From Massalongia carnosa (taxonomy: Eukaryota), in assembly GCA_965645245.1 (NCBI GenBank), contig OZ287077.1:1612001-1676000 (forward strand): a stretch of 64,000 nucleotides of DNA. Reading direction: 5' to 3'. Below are positions 61,654 through 64,000 of the stretch, piece by piece. Within the stretch, counting starts at the first letter, position 1. Each line of letters opens with the position of its first letter. The position numbers were made by a program, and so were the translations under genes. A model generated the notes under the pieces. The model worked only from the letters and a program-made list of their open reading frames with translations, was not told the DNA's origin and did no database searches.

Positions 61654-62289
61654 CTGATCTCTGATCACTGAGCATTTGACTGTAGCGGTAGATTTTGATG
61701 GCGTGTTTGGTGGTTGGTAGTTGCAGGCAAGCACGTAGGGCACGCAGGAACGTAACGTAGTGTGTATACGAGAGAGGGTTAGTTTAGCGAGGAAATGAGA
61801 TTATCGCCAGGGTGCCCCGATCCAGGTTGAGGTGAAAAATAATCCACACTTCATGGACATCGTGTTTGAACAAGTCTGCCATTATCATCACACCCCATCG
61901 TCCTCATATTACAGAGTATAAAGTACCTTGCCCGCTTACTTAGCTAGGTACATACCTCATCGACCTGGATAGTTGACGTCATGCATCATCGTACCTTATC
62001 GAAATCTCGCCTTGCTTGCTACGTGATTGGTGCGCCAGTGTTTTGGAACAAACATGTGCTTTTTTACTCCGTACGCTGTTCTCTTCACCTAGTCCTCTGT
62101 ACGATGAAGGAAGCCATATGGGTACAAAGTCCACAACCACGTTACCAAATCCTTGACGTCGGTTTTCGTTGAGTCGGGCAGTCACACCATCACACCCAGC
62201 AGTTTCAGAGTCTGGCAAGACGATCGTCAACAGCTAAAAGACAGGTTCTAGTCTGTATCGACTCTGTACGCATAAAAGAGTTCCGCGTT

Positions 62290-62320
62290 CCCTGCTTCCT
62301 GCTTCCTGCTTCCTGCTTCC
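62290..62320. repeat. (CCTGCTT)4 tandem repeat
   Basis: Four 7-bp units. Confidence 0.85.
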
Positions 62321-62895
62321 CTGAACATCCGAAATGACCCCTCCCCACCCTACCGTGCCAAGCCACGGTAGGGCAGAGGACCTTGCCAACTCCGTAACGC
62401 GACAGTCACAATGTAACTAAGAAGAACACCGGAGCCCTTGAGCTTTGATGGACAATGTGTCTCTGCACATGCACTCCGTAGATACGACGCTCTCACCACG
62501 CTGTTCGCTTTTGGTTTTGAGCATTTTTGACCCTCTTCGGGACCTGTCAGGTACGGCCTCGTTCTTTCCTGGGACAAAACGTTCAAGGCTTCTTGCCCGG
62601 CCATCCCTGAAGCCCACGAGCTCAAAACACGTGGAGATTTTCCTTGGCTTATCCAAGCCTCGACGCTTTAACGATTCGGGGATGTCCATTTTCCAACTAG
62701 TTTGGGACTCGGTAGATCCCCTCCCCTCCCCAAGTGAGACGTCTGCTGTAGGATCGGGGCACACTAGATAGTTGGTGGTGCTGGGTGATATATGGCTCAT
62801 GATGATAATTCACGTTGATTCGCTATCAGGTAGAGGCGAGAAGAAAAGAACGATAGCTTCAGAATAATCGTCAAGGTGCAGTCTCCTCCTTCAAA

Positions 62896-62927
62896 GGTGC
62901 GACGGTGCGACGGTGCGACGGTGCGAC
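62896..62927. repeat. (GGTGCGAC)4 tandem repeat
   Basis: Four 8-bp units. Confidence 0.85.
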
Positions 62928-64000
62928 CTCTTCCTTCCCCTTCCCGCGCTTCACCCGATCAAGCTTTGGTACCTTGCAGATACACACTAAGTGCATATGT
63001 TGAGTATCACGCCTGTCGAGAAGATCCAGGGCAGTGGAACGACTCGTCTCATCATCCGCAGTTCACACCCTCTAAGAGGGTCCTTCCGGTCCGGGTCAGT
63101 GGAAATTAGGTCGTTGAAAACTCTTCGCGTTTTGCAAGATGCTGATCAGCTCTTCAGATCTGGAGGATGCAAAGCGAGAACTTTGGCCTCGACAAGAGCT
63201 GCCACAGCCATTTCCCCTGAATGTTTCCTTCTCAGCTTACGTTTGCGTTGTGCATAGATCCGCCAGGGGCGGACGCATCCTGTAAGCGTGTGGCTGGTCA
63301 GTAGGCAGCGCATGGCGCTATCGTTGCTTACTTTTTGATGTTGGTGTCGATCTTCTGGATGTAAGATGCGATCTAAGGCTTAGGACTCTTCGATATGATG
63401 ACCATGAATTTGTTGAGAGATTTGACCGATCAAACTCAACCATCTCCGTCTCCAGGGATCTAGCTTAGATGAGTCGCTCGTCCATAAAGCCAGGTACGGA
63501 TGGCGATCTGATCCGCTAGGTAGTGAAGCTTTTGTCAGTGCCCTAGAATATTATTAATGACCACGTGCCAAAAACCTCCGACAAAGGCGCAAAGCGAGTA
63601 AAGGGGGACAGGCCTGGTGATGCAGTGAATTGCAGCTTACGGGCGTAACACGGGATGGGAGTTAGTAAGTTTCGTTACTCGTACTTGATTGGAGGATATG
63701 GATAGGCGGTCCTATGACGATGTTTCGTTCTCACTTTCCATTTACAATCTACTGGGGAAGTGGGAAAACCTAAAAGGCCCAAAAGGGATTTTGGATTCGA
63801 TGTCTTGGTGAAGTGAAGAGGCCAAGGATGGTCTGGGGGATGATCGTTACATCATCAGCGCTCTCCATTTCAAAGTCTACTTGGGTGATCGGCATGATGG
63901 TCTTCTAGAAGAAAATGCTTAGTAGTGCGAAAGGCTTCCATAATCCCGAGTGATGATGGTAGAGATGATGACAAGTCTTCCAATATTGTTCTTAGCTTTT

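Overview
Fungal (filamentous ascomycete-type, intron-containing) genomic DNA. Host genes: a partial DUF1348/SnoaL-like gene, a fasciclin-domain protein, acyl-protein thioesterase 1, POP1, a CNL1-like BLOC-1 subunit, an MtfA-like C2H2 factor, RPS30, a Zn2Cys6 factor and a DUF3669-like pseudogene. Mobile DNA is abundant. An 8.6-kb nest of seven elements (5961-14562) consists of a decayed Tc1-like host holding a solo LTR, a truncated LINE and a MULE. The MULE in turn holds a 64-bp micro-MITE and a pogo/Fot1 element, which holds a second solo LTR. Elsewhere there are two more Tad1-like LINEs and a MITE. The most notable item is absent from the ORF track: a 588-bp non-coding retroposon (49810-50397, minus strand) with a 12-bp target-site duplication and an A-rich tail. 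Its first 72 nt fold into a complete HDV-like self-cleaving ribozyme, and the predicted cleavage site coincides exactly with the element's 5' end. It sits head-to-head with RPS30. All family assignments come from motif recognition by eye; no database searches were run.
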